From positions 928,001 through 992,000 of the forward strand of contig OY970340.1 of the NCBI GenBank assembly GCA_963717465.1: a stretch of DNA of 64,000 nucleotides, in the 5' to 3' direction. Each line of letters opens with the position of its first letter. Within the stretch, counting starts at the first letter, position 1. The stretch comes from Candidatus Bathyarchaeota archaeon (GTDB lineage: Archaea; Thermoproteota; Bathyarchaeia; Bathyarchaeales; Bathycorpusculaceae). Positions 12,781 through 23,662 of the stretch are shown here, piece by piece. Below the pieces are notes generated by a model. It was not told the DNA's origin and ran no database searches. It saw only the letters and a program-made list of their open reading frames with translations. A program made the position numbers and the translations under genes.

Positions 12781-13543
12781 GTGCCTGTTGCATTTATTAT
12801 TGGAACAGCTGGATCAGGAAAATCCCTTTTTACCGCTGCATTTAGTGAATGGTTAAAAATGTCAAAACAAGATGTTGCAGTCGTTAACTTGGACCCTGGA
12901 GTACTAAAACTTCCATATTCACCCGATGTCGACGTCCGCAATTACGTTGATGTTGGCAATTTAATGGAGCAATACGGTTTAGGGCCAAATGGTGCTTTAA
13001 TTATGGCTGCTGATTTAATAGCGGATGAAATTGAAAATTTAACAAGAGACATCGACGACAGCGAACGCCGACATAGTACTGGTCGATACTCCTGGGCAAA
13101 TGGAACTTTTCGCTTTCCGCGCAAGTGGCCCATACATCGTTAATGAGTTAACCAAAGAAAACAAGGCTCTGATTTACCTGTTTGACGCGGTTTTTTCCAT
13201 CAACCCGTTAAACTATGTTTCAAACATGTTTCTTTCCGCTGCAGTTTACAACAGGTTCCTAACCCCTCAAATTCACCTGCTTTCAAAATGCGATTTAATC
13301 CCTGAAAAAGACGTGAAAGCAATCACAACTTGGTCTGCAAACCCCAAAGCGCTTGAGGATGCAATAGAACAGAAACTTGAAGGCACAAAACGTTTATTCA
13401 GCCGCAACATGATGCAAGCAATCGACAAGCTTGGTTTAAAATTCCTTCTAAGTCCAGTCTCAGCGAAAACAAATCAGGGAATGGTGAACGTTAACACTAT
13501 ACTTGAACGACTCTTAACTGGTGGAGAAAAATATACCTTTTAG
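12781..13543 (+). CDS. GPN-loop GTPase, one frameshift
   Basis: GTAGSGKS, VNLDPG, YGLGPNGAL, DTPGQMELFAFR. Confidence 0.9.
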
Positions 13544-14178
13544 CCCTCAGAATTAATCAATGACCAACTTGCCGCGAAAGCTCCACTCTTAGCCTTTAGC
13601 AAGGAATCACCTTCAGCAATAACTATCGCATCGTTATCTTTGGGCGAAAAATTCTTCAAAATAAAACTAACCGCCTTCGGGTAATCCTTTTTTAGGTTTC
13701 CACTAACAGACTCAATAGTTAAACAACCATTCTTAACAACAATCGCCGAAGCTTTACGTGCACCAGCAATTACAGCGGCATCACGCTGCTCAATTCCCGA
13801 TTGAACCCTATTCCCCACATTCTGAACTAAAAAAGCAAAATTATGCTCCCCAAGAGTTAACTCAGTTTTGGGAAATTCGCTTCTCTTAGGAAATATCTTT
13901 TCAAACCTACACCAGAGCTCATAACCTTTTATCGTTAAGCTGCAGCCTGCTTTGGATGTAACGATTAAACCTGCACTTTTAAGCCGATTAATAATTGTCC
14001 GTATCGCGCCGTCACCAACTTCAAGTATCTCAGCAAGCTTGTTTCTTCCTACTGGTTTTTGAGACATTAGTTCGAGTGCATAAAAGAAATGAAAAACCGT
14101 AAAGGTCGTCGAAGGTCCCGGAGCTTTAACCCCAGCGATCTCTTGCATAACCTGTTTGAGTGAAGGAGATGAAGACAT
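13540..14178 (-). CDS. Winged-helix protein (DUF4443-like)
   Basis: PVGRNKLAEILEVGDGAIRTII HTH; GIEQRDAAVIAGA. Confidence 0.7.
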   Translation of the reverse strand: MSSSPSLKQVMQEIAGVKAPGPSTTFTVFHFFYALELMSQKPVGRNKLAEILEVGDGAIRTIINRLKSAGLIVTSKAGCSLTIKGYELWCRFEKIFPKRSEFPKTELTLGEHNFAFLVQNVGNRVQSGIEQRDAAVIAGARKASAIVVKNGCLTIESVSGNLKKDYPKAVSFILKNFSPKDNDAIVIAEGDSLLKAKSGAFAASWSLINSEG

Positions 14179-14401
14179 TTTTCTGCACTGTCTCTATTTA
14201 ACCACTGTTTGTTTTTATAGTTTAGTGCTGCTTACCGTTTAATCTTTATGCAACGAGGTTTCAGCATGAGCTATCGGGATTAAGGTTTAGCCGCAATTAT
14301 TACCCGTCTGAAACATGATTCAAAATTAAATGTTGATTATTTTAAGGAAAATAAATAAATTGTCGCCGATAATCGTAGAGGCAGGGATTTACTTGGATTA
14401 C

Positions 14402-14650
14402 ATGGTGACAATAGTTGGTTTAATCGCTGCTGCGGGAACCACTGGATCGCTTCTCCCACAGCTTGTAAAACTATTGAAGACAAAATCAACCAAAGACATT
14501 TCTTTAGTTATGTATTCTGTTTTTTCTGTGGGTGTTTTTCTATGGGTGATTTATGGCGTTTTGTTGAATGATTTTCCTATAATTATTGCAAATGCGCTAG
14601 CGTTTCTTCAAGGGTTAATCATTGTAGCTGTTAAATTGAAGTACAAGTAG
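14402..14650 (+). CDS. SemiSWEET / PQ-loop sugar transporter
   Basis: TT..LLPQLVK..KTKSTKDISL..Y, W.IYG, PII.AN; three TM helices. Confidence 0.85.
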   Translation: MVTIVGLIAAAGTTGSLLPQLVKLLKTKSTKDISLVMYSVFSVGVFLWVIYGVLLNDFPIIIANALAFLQGLIIVAVKLKYK

Positions 14651-14662
14651 TTCTCCTTTTTT

Positions 14663-14920
14663 TCAAACTTGCTCTATTGAATGGACAACATTAATGGTTG
14701 AATCAATCCAGCGTAGATATGAATTTAAGGCTGCGCGTAAAGCAATCACATCTTCTGCTTCAAAATTCAAAATAACAGACAAGTTTTGCCTGGTTAAGCT
14801 AACTTTGGAACGTTTTGTTAATGGATCATTCGCTTCAGGTTTCAAAGCATTGAAAATCGCGTTTAATTGTTTTTCTGATGAAAATTCTAAGCGCACGTTT
14901 GCGTTGGCTCTCGTTTTCAT
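14663..14920 (-). CDS. pcc1: KEOPS complex subunit Pcc1
   Basis: ALKPE, RS.V, AEDVIALRAALNSYLRWI; position after rpl37ae. Confidence 0.88.
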   Translation of the reverse strand: MKTRANANVRLEFSSEKQLNAIFNALKPEANDPLTKRSKVSLTRQNLSVILNFEAEDVIALRAALNSYLRWIDSTINVVHSIEQV

Positions 14921-14999
14921 TTTCCTCTTTATAGGGACACTAAAAAGGGATAATTATGCTTATTTGAAATAAAAAGGTAAAAACGAAAAGAAAAGTAGG

Positions 15000-15323
15000 C
15001 TAATCAGTTTCTTCTTCAGTTACTGGGGTAGCAGACTTTTTTGCTTCTTCCACTGAGGTTCCTTTTGCTGCCCGCTTAGCTATAACGCCTAGCTTGGTTG
15101 TTGGAGTGTATGCTCCTCCAGCGAAGGTGAAATTGCATTTGCCGCATTTCCAGACGCCTACACTTTCTCGATGGACTTTCATGAAGCCGCATTGTGGGCA
15201 TCTGTGAGGCTTTTTGAGTTCAGTAACTACTTTGACGTATCTTTTTCTAACGGTGGAACCATAACGTACTCCTAAGCCTCGTGTTGGACCTACTTTCTTT
15301 GTTTTTGGCAACTTTTTCACCAA
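15000..15323 (-). CDS. rpl37ae: 50S ribosomal protein L37Ae (eL43)
   Basis: GVRYGSTVRK, CPQC...WKCGKC..FAGGAY. Confidence 0.95.
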   Translation of the reverse strand: MVKKLPKTKKVGPTRGLGVRYGSTVRKRYVKVVTELKKPHRCPQCGFMKVHRESVGVWKCGKCNFTFAGGAYTPTTKLGVIAKRAAKGTSVEEAKKSATPVTEEETD

Positions 15324-16108
15324 CCAAGTTTCTTTCGCATTTCAACTACTTTTTCCTGAGCAATCTTGGAAGCATCTAAAATCTGTTGCGGTGTGAAATA
15401 GCCTGATCCGCCTTTCTGTATGGCACAAATGTTGCCTTCGTCGTTCACAGCCATTGAAAGCCTGCATTCAATTACTTGTTCCTCTTCAAGAATAGGATCA
15501 ACAAGCAAGGTGTTGTTTATCTTTACAATTGTAACTGTTATCGGATGACTTCTCATAGGTAATGGAGTGTAGCCCTGCTTAATCTTCAACTCCCCGTCCT
15601 TAATTTCGTAATTCGGCATCTTTGTATTGAGCAATGCAGCCATGGCAGCCATCGCAGAAGCATCAATCAAGTTACCATCATGATTCAAGACATAGACGTC
15701 TACGAAGACAACGAACACTTTCTTGCCTGCTTCGATGCAGAGCTTTTCAGTATCAATTGCCTTTGATTCTCTGATTCCTCTGTCCACAATTCTTGCCAGC
15801 TCGATTGAGTTTTCGTCGGGTGGTCCAGGCTCAAAACTAGCCGAAGCTATTGGTGTAAGCTCAGCATTAACCGTTTGAACGCCCTCATTCGGCGTATCTG
15901 GGAATGGAGTGCCTGTTTCAACTTTGACTCCGACAAGCACATCAGTCTTCCCGAGCAAAACTCTAGCTGAACCTTCGGCTTTTTCGATTAAGCCTTGTTC
16001 AACTTTAATTTCACGGTAATCAAGTAAGCCTCTTTCATCTGAGCGTTTTCCTTTCTCAACAAGTTGACTTATTTGCTTTAGTCTAACACGCGTAATAATT
16101 GACGACAT
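15317..16108 (-). CDS. rrp42: Exosome complex component Rrp42
   Basis: KAEGSARV.LG.T, PFPDTPNEG, FEPGPPDENSIELARIVDRGIRES. Confidence 0.95.
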   Translation of the reverse strand: MSSIITRVRLKQISQLVEKGKRSDERGLLDYREIKVEQGLIEKAEGSARVLLGKTDVLVGVKVETGTPFPDTPNEGVQTVNAELTPIASASFEPGPPDENSIELARIVDRGIRESKAIDTEKLCIEAGKKVFVVFVDVYVLNHDGNLIDASAMAAMAALLNTKMPNYEIKDGELKIKQGYTPLPMRSHPITVTIVKINNTLLVDPILEEEQVIECRLSMAVNDEGNICAIQKGGSGYFTPQQILDASKIAQEKVVEMRKKLGW

Positions 16109-16842
16109 TACTCTTCAGCCTCTTTAACAACCATATATTTTGTTTTTAACGCTTCTTTTTGCATTTCATAAATTTTCTTGCAGCCATCTATCGCCATGTT
16201 CATAGCTTTCTCGAATTCTTCTGATGTTAGTTTCCCATCCATTTGCAGCAATGTTACACCATTTAAGTTTGGCATATACGCAACTGGAAGGTCTGCAGCA
16301 CCAAGTTTATCCTCTACGTCAAACAAGTCAAGAACCACCGTGTCTTCGACTTTGCCGGCTGCACATGCAACTACTAAATCACGCATTGGAACCCCCGCGT
16401 CAGCAATCGCTAAAGCAGCAGCTGTAATGCTTGCACATCTTGTTCCACCATCAGCCTGCAGTACTTCAACGAAAACGTCTACGCCTGTTCTCGGATAGAG
16501 ATCCAGGAACAATACTGGTTCAAGGGATTCCCTGATGACCTTTGAGAGTTCCACTTCTCTTCTCGAAGGCGCAGGCGACTTGCGTTCCTGCACAGAGAAA
16601 GGTGCCATATGATAACGGCAACGTAGAACCATGCGATCTTGAAGCGCTAAATGCTTTGGGTGCATTTCTCTTGGCCCAAAAGCAGCCGCTAAAATCTTGT
16701 TTTTTCCATGCTCAACATAAGCTGAACCGTCCGCATTCGGCAAAACACCCACTTCAAGTTTTACTGGCCTTAGTTCGTCAGGTTTTCGGCCATCTAATCT
16801 TATACCTTTTTTATCAATTAGTTTTTCAACTTTTTCATTCAA
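16108..16842 (-). CDS. rrp41: Exosome complex exonuclease Rrp41
   Basis: [37 protein letters not shown]. Confidence 0.95.
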   Translation of the reverse strand: MNEKVEKLIDKKGIRLDGRKPDELRPVKLEVGVLPNADGSAYVEHGKNKILAAAFGPREMHPKHLALQDRMVLRCRYHMAPFSVQERKSPAPSRREVELSKVIRESLEPVLFLDLYPRTGVDVFVEVLQADGGTRCASITAAALAIADAGVPMRDLVVACAAGKVEDTVVLDLFDVEDKLGAADLPVAYMPNLNGVTLLQMDGKLTSEEFEKAMNMAIDGCKKIYEMQKEALKTKYMVVKEAEE

Positions 16843-17548
16843 TCTTCTTTTCCTCCTCTGGTTTACCTTTACTTTCTTTAAGCAATTGTGTGATGCGATC
16901 TGTTAGACCGCTCGTATGAGATTCTTGCTCAATTTTTCGAATCGCGTTTATGGCGAGTTCCTCATCCTCAGGAGTTTTACCAGTGACCAATATTACCCCG
17001 TTGAGTCCAAGGATTATTTGGCAGTTCGTTTCCTGTTTTATCATTGAAATCATGGATCCTTTTCTGCCTATCACTCGTGGAATCTTTGTTGGAGTAACTC
17101 GCAGTATTTGCCCACGTGTTATTTTCCCTAATCCTGGTTCTCCAACTGTAAGTTGAGGATCATGAGCTCTGTCGTATGACGCTATTTTAGCTACAATCAA
17201 GTCTCCAGCGTTAAGAACTGCAGATAACTCGTCGCTTTGTGGTTTGAATTGCCTGCTCAAAACATCTGATGCACGTAAAATCGCTTGGTAGGGCGACCTG
17301 ATATCTATGGTCCAGCCGTTGAATCCGACTTCTAAGACTGTGCCAATAACTATGTCGCCTGCTTTTGGCAGGTAAAAAGCTCTTAACGCTACGACATTTA
17401 CCTTTTTGTTGTCAATATCCACAAGCCCAATTCTTTGGGTATAAATTTTGTTTTCTTCCATGTATGTATTTTCGCCCGGTAAATAGTCGCCTTCGGCGAG
17501 TAATTCTCCAGGCGTTACAAGTTGTTTTTTTTCAAAGAAAGTTGGCAT
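16835..17548 (-). CDS. rrp4: Exosome RNA-binding protein Rrp4
   Basis: VTPGELL, S1 domain, KH motif [20 protein letters not shown]. Confidence 0.95.
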   Translation of the reverse strand: MPTFFEKKQLVTPGELLAEGDYLPGENTYMEENKIYTQRIGLVDIDNKKVNVVALRAFYLPKAGDIVIGTVLEVGFNGWTIDIRSPYQAILRASDVLSRQFKPQSDELSAVLNAGDLIVAKIASYDRAHDPQLTVGEPGLGKITRGQILRVTPTKIPRVIGRKGSMISMIKQETNCQIILGLNGVILVTGKTPEDEELAINAIRKIEQESHTSGLTDRITQLLKESKGKPEEEKKIE

Positions 17549-17570
17549 ATTTTTTCACCTTAACCATAAT

Positions 17571-18263
17571 TTATTTTGAGATAATTTTTGCTTCTCCATT
17601 ACCTTTAGTTACATTTCCAAGTTTATTTAACAGCGAAGAGTATGATCCCGCGGCTAGTTCCATTTCACCATACCATGAACCGTTAGAGCGCCATTCTTCC
17701 CTTTTTATCGTTCCCAAGGTCTTTATTGCGCCATAACCTCTGGCTGCAAACTCTGCTGGTATCGTAACAGCGACTATTATTTGTTCAATCTTTAAGGGTA
17801 AAATTGGTCTTAACAGTTTAACTATTTCCTTAGCTTGTTCTTCTACAGGTTTATACGGGTCGATTGGGTAGCGAATCTGCTCCATGGCGTTTTCAATGCG
17901 CATTGGAGGATGAGGCAAGTTAGTTTTCGGGTCAATCGCCTGCCTAGATATAAAATCAATTATTTGTTTTCTTTTTTCTTCAACCATTTTCCGTCTTTGG
18001 TCAGTTGTAAGCTGCAGTGTTCCTTTCTTAAGGATGATGTCAGCGATTTTAAGCGGGTCGATTGTTCCAAAAGCCTTTTGCATGTGTTCTTCAGATACTT
18101 TTGTACCCTTGTTTGCGTCAGAAAAAATTAATTCAGCCGCTAAAACATCCGTTATCCCAGAGATTTTCCCGTTTCGGTAATCTAGAGCCTTTTGCGGTTT
18201 AATGAGGATTTCAAAATGTTCGTTATCTTTTGTTAAACGCGCAACTGTGAACTTTTCACTCAT
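17571..18263 (-). CDS. Ribosome maturation protein SBDS/Sdo1
   Basis: [38 protein letters not shown]. Confidence 0.95.
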   Translation of the reverse strand: MSEKFTVARLTKDNEHFEILIKPQKALDYRNGKISGITDVLAAELIFSDANKGTKVSEEHMQKAFGTIDPLKIADIILKKGTLQLTTDQRRKMVEEKRKQIIDFISRQAIDPKTNLPHPPMRIENAMEQIRYPIDPYKPVEEQAKEIVKLLRPILPLKIEQIIVAVTIPAEFAARGYGAIKTLGTIKREEWRSNGSWYGEMELAAGSYSSLLNKLGNVTKGNGEAKIISK

Positions 18264-18270
18264 TAAGTTG

Positions 18271-18999
18271 TCACTTGCTTGAACCTATGTCTTTGATGTA
18301 TCCCTCTACTGCAGCGTCAGTCAGCATTTCCATCTTTTTCGTTTCAGTGGGGATTGTGGCAATTTTGATTCTTGGCGGTAATTGTCTTGCTTCTAAAGCT
18401 TTAACGAGACATTTAACAGCTAGTTTTATTGTTTTTTCAAGGCTCATGTCTTCTTTAAATTCATCTTTAAGGATTGCTAGTACAGTCTCTCTTCCAGCGC
18501 CTAAAGCTGTGGCTTTGTATCCTCTGTAGGTTCCGCTTGGGTGTGTTCCAAAAACTCTGGTTCCAGTTTTGTCGACTCCACCAAAGATTATTGAAACTCC
18601 AAATGGCCTGACTCCTGCGTGCTGAGTGTACATTTGCTGAATGTCGCAGATCCGTTTGGTTACGACTTCTACATCTATGGGTTCATCATAAGTTAATTTG
18701 TTACTTTGTGCGTAAATTCGTGCTTGATCAATAAGTATTCTGGCATCAGAGCTTAAACCAACAATTGCTGCGCCTATGTGGTCGTCAACTCTGAAGATTT
18801 TCCAGGAATAACCTGCTTCTTCAAGAACTTCAATGTTTTCTTCTGAGCCTAAGACTAATCCATCTTTAGATTGGATGCCTAAAATTGTGGCCCCACGATT
18901 AACTAACTCCATTGCGTATTCTACTTGGAAAAGTCGGCCATCTGGGGAGAAAACGGTTATTGCACGGTCATATGCTCCTGGTGCTGCAAATACGGACAT
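18271..18999 (-). CDS. psmA: Proteasome alpha subunit
   Basis: [33 protein letters not shown]. Confidence 0.96.
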   Translation of the reverse strand: MSVFAAPGAYDRAITVFSPDGRLFQVEYAMELVNRGATILGIQSKDGLVLGSEENIEVLEEAGYSWKIFRVDDHIGAAIVGLSSDARILIDQARIYAQSNKLTYDEPIDVEVVTKRICDIQQMYTQHAGVRPFGVSIIFGGVDKTGTRVFGTHPSGTYRGYKATALGAGRETVLAILKDEFKEDMSLEKTIKLAVKCLVKALEARQLPPRIKIATIPTETKKMEMLTDAAVEGYIKDIGSSK

Positions 19000-19316
19000 A
19001 ATATTAACCTCACTTCACACTATACACTTTTGCAAAGTCTCATATAATAACTAAACTAAAAACCTTTCCTATTTAAATAAAGTATCTTCTGACTCATAAC
19101 ATTTTAGTTTTTAAGGTAATTTTGACGTGTGGCTCCTGTTTTCTGTGATTTTGATTTTATTTGCTCAAAAATATTGGTCTTCTTGTTTTAAGTGATTTTT
19201 GGCTCATTTCAAGTTAACTTAGTTCTAGCCATAATTTTTGAGGTTTTTAGGCAGATGTGGCGGGAAATACTTATTTAAGAGGGAGGTGGTTATTGCTGAA
19301 TACGGAAGGATTCAAG

Positions 19317-19691
19317 TTGAGTGATGAAGTTTCAAGGTTACCACCTGCAGTTCAAGAAAGGCTTCTAAGACTGCAACAACTGCAGCAAACTTTACAATCA
19401 GTTTTACAGCAGAAACAGCAAGTTGAAATGGAGAAAAGTGAAGTAGATCAGACAGTATATGAACTGGAAAAAATGGCAGCCGACGTTGTTATTTACAAGG
19501 CGATTGGGTCACTTTTAGTGAAAGGTGACAAAACGGCAATAGCTGCTGAACTGAATGAACGTAAGGAGCTCTTGACTGCACGAAGCACGGGTGTTGCAAA
19601 ACAAGAAGAGAGATTGCGCAGTCAGATAAAAGAAGCTCAAGCAAAGCTTCAGGAAGAGCTCAATCCGGTTTCGCAATCTCCACCGCCTTAA
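19317..19691 (+). CDS. pfdB: Prefoldin beta subunit
   Basis: LPPAVQ, coiled-coil QQLQQ, IYKAIGSLLVK; start taken at TTG 19317. Confidence 0.9.
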   Translation: MSDEVSRLPPAVQERLLRLQQLQQTLQSVLQQKQQVEMEKSEVDQTVYELEKMAADVVIYKAIGSLLVKGDKTAIAAELNERKELLTARSTGVAKQEERLRSQIKEAQAKLQEELNPVSQSPPP

Positions 19692-19708
19692 AGGTGAAGT
19701 GAGAAATC

Positions 19709-19996
19709 GTGGTAGATCTGGGATTACCAGAGCTATCCACAGAGAAAATAGAAACTTTGTGTGAAACTGCGGAAAATGCAGCACGCAAACATATTCTTTC
19801 TAAGGTTTCCTCAAAAATGGTCGAAAAACTGGACATTAGCGTTGAGGCTGAAGGAACAAAACCCTTAGTTTTAACGGTTGAGATAGACCTTGTTTTATCG
19901 CAAAAAGCTGCAGACTTTGACGTTGACTCGCTCGTTAAAGAAGCAGTAAATAAAGCTCATGAAGACAGCGAAAAGTACCTGAGAAAAACAAAATGA
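19709..19996 (+). CDS. DUF3194-like protein
   Basis: LPELS...LCETAE.AAR.HI.SKV; conserved neighbour of prefoldin beta. Confidence 0.7.
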   Translation: MVDLGLPELSTEKIETLCETAENAARKHILSKVSSKMVEKLDISVEAEGTKPLVLTVEIDLVLSQKAADFDVDSLVKEAVNKAHEDSEKYLRKTK

Positions 19997-20991
19997 TTTT
20001 CCAAGAAATAATCAAAGTTTTAAACGATCAGCAAGCAAAATACGTCTTGCTATTGTGCCATCGCAGTGCAGATGCAGATGCCATATGTTCCGCTTACGCA
20101 CTTCAAGGTCTATTGAAAAGGCTTGCCCCAGATGTTTTAGTGGAAATTGGGACTCCCTTAGGGGTTAGTAAGCCTGCCAAGCAGCTTCTTTCTAATTTGC
20201 CAATAACCGTGCATGCTAAGCCTAATGTTGAATCAGCCGACGTTGTAGTCTTAGTTGATTTGAATACGCTAGAGCAGCTTGACCAAGTGGGTGATACTTT
20301 AAGGAAATCGACAGCGTCAATAATTATCGTTGACCATCATGCAGCTAACGCAGAGACAATGAAGATATGTAAATTATGCATAATAGACGACCAAGCCGCA
20401 GCAACATGCGAGATAGTCTACAGGCTATTTGAGGAAGCAAATATTAAACCTTCTTTGGATGAGGCAAAAGCACTATTCTTAGGCATAGCGTTTGATACAA
20501 GGCATTTTGCATTGGCTAATTCACCCACCTTTAAGGCTTTATGCGGATTAGTTGATGCAGGTGTGGATGCCCAAGAAACATTGACGCTTTCTAATTTACC
20601 CTTAGACGTATCCGAAAGGTTAGCGAGATTAAAAGCCTGCAAAAGAGCAAAAATAATACGAGTAAACGATTGGGTACTGGTTTTTTCGCATGTTAGCGCT
20701 TTTCAAGCTTCAGCTGCAAAATCAATAGTCGATATGGGTGCACACGTTGCAGCCGTTGCAGGATTAAAAAATGGAATAATAGAAATTAGCCTGCGCAGCA
20801 ACCGCCAATTCAAGGAGCAAACAGGTGTACACTTAGGAAAAGATGTAGCCGCTCCTTTAGGCGAACTTCTCAAAGGAGTCGGTGGAGGACATGCTATGGC
20901 CGCCGGAGTCAGAGGAGCTGGTGATAATGTGGAAGTTGTCTTAAAGCAGTGTCTGCGATTTTTGAGACTGAAAATTATCAAAACTGAGTAG
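19993..20991 (+). CDS. DHH/DHHA1 phosphoesterase
   Basis: H..ADAD, VD, IVDHH, GIAFDT..F, GGGH..AAG. Confidence 0.88.
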   Translation: MIFQEIIKVLNDQQAKYVLLLCHRSADADAICSAYALQGLLKRLAPDVLVEIGTPLGVSKPAKQLLSNLPITVHAKPNVESADVVVLVDLNTLEQLDQVGDTLRKSTASIIIVDHHAANAETMKICKLCIIDDQAAATCEIVYRLFEEANIKPSLDEAKALFLGIAFDTRHFALANSPTFKALCGLVDAGVDAQETLTLSNLPLDVSERLARLKACKRAKIIRVNDWVLVFSHVSAFQASAAKSIVDMGAHVAAVAGLKNGIIEISLRSNRQFKEQTGVHLGKDVAAPLGELLKGVGGGHAMAAGVRGAGDNVEVVLKQCLRFLRLKIIKTE

Positions 20992-21041
20992 CTACGCTTA
21001 AAAGAAAGACAGGTCACGCTTAAGACTGCAGGCACAAATTA

Positions 21042-22717
21042 ATGTCCATCTTGGAAACTAAAGATCTTGTCTATACGTATCCTGGTGGTCAAAAGCCATC
21101 AATCGACGGAGTCTCCATAAAAGTGAAGAAAGGAGAATTCGTTTTGATTACTGGTCCAAGTGGCTGCGGGAAAACGACTTTGTGCCGATGTTTTAACGGT
21201 TTAATTCCTCATTTTTACCAAGGCGAATTACACGGCGAAATCCAAGTAACAGGATTAAACATTACTGAACACCCTACTCAAGAATTAGCACGGCATGTTG
21301 GCTTGGTTTTTCAAAATCCAGAAAATCAACTATTCGCTTTATCCGTCGAAAAAGACGTCGCGTTTGGCATGGAAAATCTCGGCGTACCCCGAAACGAAAT
21401 GCGCGAAAGAGTTGATTGGGCATTAAACATGACTGGAATCGCTAATTTACGCGAAAGATCGCCGCATGAGGTTTCTGGGGGTCAACAGCAACGTGTTGCA
21501 ATAGCATCGGTTCTTGCCATGAAACCGGAAATAATCGTTTTAGATGAACCCACATCTTTTCTTGACCCATTAAGCGCTGAAAAAATCTTTGAAGTTATCG
21601 CTGAACTTAACAAAAAGCAAGGCATAACAGTCATTCTAGTTGAGCATAGACTAGATTTAACGGCAAAGTACACTGACCATCTGATAGTGATGAATGAGGG
21701 AAAGGTTTGCTCTAGATGGAAATCCCCGAGAAATCCTTAATTCAGAGGAAACACGCCTAATCGGCGTCGGAATACCTAAAGCAACTCTCCTCTATCAAAT
21801 GCTAAAGAAAGACGGGTTAGAACTAGGAAAAACAATCCCGTTATCTTCTGAAGAATTGGCCGACCAACTGAGGGAGGCTTTGAGAGCATTGATTGAGGTT
21901 GAAGACATCCATTTTTCTTACCCTAGTCAAGTCGAGGCGCTAAAAGGCGTTTCATTGACTATAAATGATGGTGAATTTGTTGCCATCATGGGACAAAACG
22001 GTGCTGGAAAAACAACACTCGTTAAACACTTTAATGGTTTACTCAAGCCTTCACAAGGAAGCATCCGCGTTGACGGCGTTGAAACAAAAAAATCAAGCTG
22101 TTGCAGCGTTGTCTAGAAATATCGGTTTTGTTTTTCAGAATCCAGATCATCAGTTGTTCAGCGAAACCGTCGAAGAAGAAATAGGGTTCGCACTCAAGAA
22201 TTTTGGTTTTGAGCCAGAAACCATTGAAAAACAGATAACTTGGGCTCTAAACCTATTATCGTTAACGCAGTACAGGAAGACTTCACCGTTTATGCTCAGC
22301 GGGGGCGAACGCAAACGCGTTGCACTAGCCTCAGTGTTAGCTTGGGATCCTAAAACGTTGATTTTGGATGAGCCAACCATAGGCCAGGATCATGAACAAA
22401 AAGAAAAATTAAGGCAATTTATCATTCAAATGCAAACTCAGAAAAAAACAGTTGTTATAGTTACTCATGATGTGGAATTTGTTGCCGAATGCAACCCCCG
22501 TGTAATTTTCATGAAAGAAGGAAAAATCATCGGAGACGGCATTGGAAAAGAAATGCTTACAAATCAAGAACTACTTTCGCAATCATACATTGTTTTACCG
22601 CAAATAGCCCAAGTATTCAAAGATTTATCATCTTTAGGACTTCCAAGTGATATTATCGATATTTACGAAGCCAAAGATGTAATTTTGAAGGCTCAGGAGA
22701 GAAGAAGACAAAAATGA
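21042..22717 (+). CDS. ecfA: ECF transporter ATPases (two ABC domains; two genes or one fusion, obscured by frameshifts)
   Basis: GPSGCGKTT / GQNGAGKTT Walker A, FQNP, SGGQ/SGGE, LDEPT twice. Confidence 0.85.
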
Positions 22718-23511
22718 GCATTTTTGACGGTTTAAAATTCCGCAAAGTCTCCTCGCCTATTCATAATTTAGATCCTCGAATAAAATTCATTTATGTTATC
22801 GTAGTTTTTGTTGCTGCAATACTTTTTCCCGAGTTACTCCCGTTACTTGTTCTCTTTATAATTCAAATTCCGTTTGTTTTTATTGCTCATGTTCAAAAAC
22901 AGTGGGTTCGTTCGTTACGCGGGGCGGCGTTCTTAGCTGCTTTCATTTTCACAATCAATGTCGCTACAAGCTACTTCATAAATCCAAGTAATTTCATAGT
23001 GAATTACGCCTTATCCATCGAGAATGCAGCTGCAATGACTATGCGTTTTGTCGTGCTCGTTGAGTCTTTCTCAGTTTTCTTCTTGACAACATCCCCAGAT
23101 CATTTAGGCTTAGCATTGGAAAATTCACGCATGCCTTACGAATTCGCCTTTGCCTTTACAACAGCAGTTCGCTTCGTTCCAGTTCTCGCTGAGGAAGCCC
23201 AAACAATAATGGATGCCCAAAAAGCAAGAGGGTTAGAAATGGAGAAAGGCAATCTAATGAAAAGAATCAGAAATTACATTCCAGTGCTCATACCCTTAAT
23301 AGTCAGCGCCATTCGCAGAAGTTTAGAGCTGGCTGAAGCAATGGAGTCACGTGCCTGGGGCGCAACTAAAAAACGCACAAACTTATACATGCTTAAGCTT
23401 CACAAGGGAGATTACGCGTTAATCGCCATCACAATTGGAATTTTGGCCTCTGCTATTTACGTCTACTTATACGTGCATATCCCACTTATCAGCCACCTGC
23501 TTGGTTACTAA
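22714..23511 (+). CDS. ecfT: ECF transporter transmembrane component
   Basis: LDPRIK, RFVP, AQKARG, AEAMESRAW. Confidence 0.9.
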   Translation: MSIFDGLKFRKVSSPIHNLDPRIKFIYVIVVFVAAILFPELLPLLVLFIIQIPFVFIAHVQKQWVRSLRGAAFLAAFIFTINVATSYFINPSNFIVNYALSIENAAAMTMRFVVLVESFSVFFLTTSPDHLGLALENSRMPYEFAFAFTTAVRFVPVLAEEAQTIMDAQKARGLEMEKGNLMKRIRNYIPVLIPLIVSAIRRSLELAEAMESRAWGATKKRTNLYMLKLHKGDYALIAITIGILASAIYVYLYVHIPLISHLLGY

Positions 23512-23647
23512 CTCACAGTTTAAATGCTGCTCGATTCTCAACAAAATTGGACTAATATTAAATATCCCTGAAGAATTTATGATAATCAGAACTAATTGAA
23601 ATAATAGCCCAAAGACCTTTAAAAAGAACAAATGAAGGCTTTCAAGA

Positions 23648-23654
23648 GAGGTGA
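23648..23654 (+). promoter_or_regulatory. Shine-Dalgarno GAGGTGA for selD
   Basis: GAGGTGA 8 nt upstream of ATG 23663. Confidence 0.75.
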
Positions 23655-23662
23655 ATCCTAAA

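Noticed and set aside
21694..22116. Novel fusion of the two ECF ATPases
   Set aside because: Dual-ATPase ECF fusions are common, and nearby indels make the junction unreliable.
23606..23645. 5' UTR SECIS-like pairing (TTGAAA..AGCC / GGCTTTCAA) upstream of selD
   Set aside because: Only short interrupted arms around a large A-rich loop; too weak to call without covariation.
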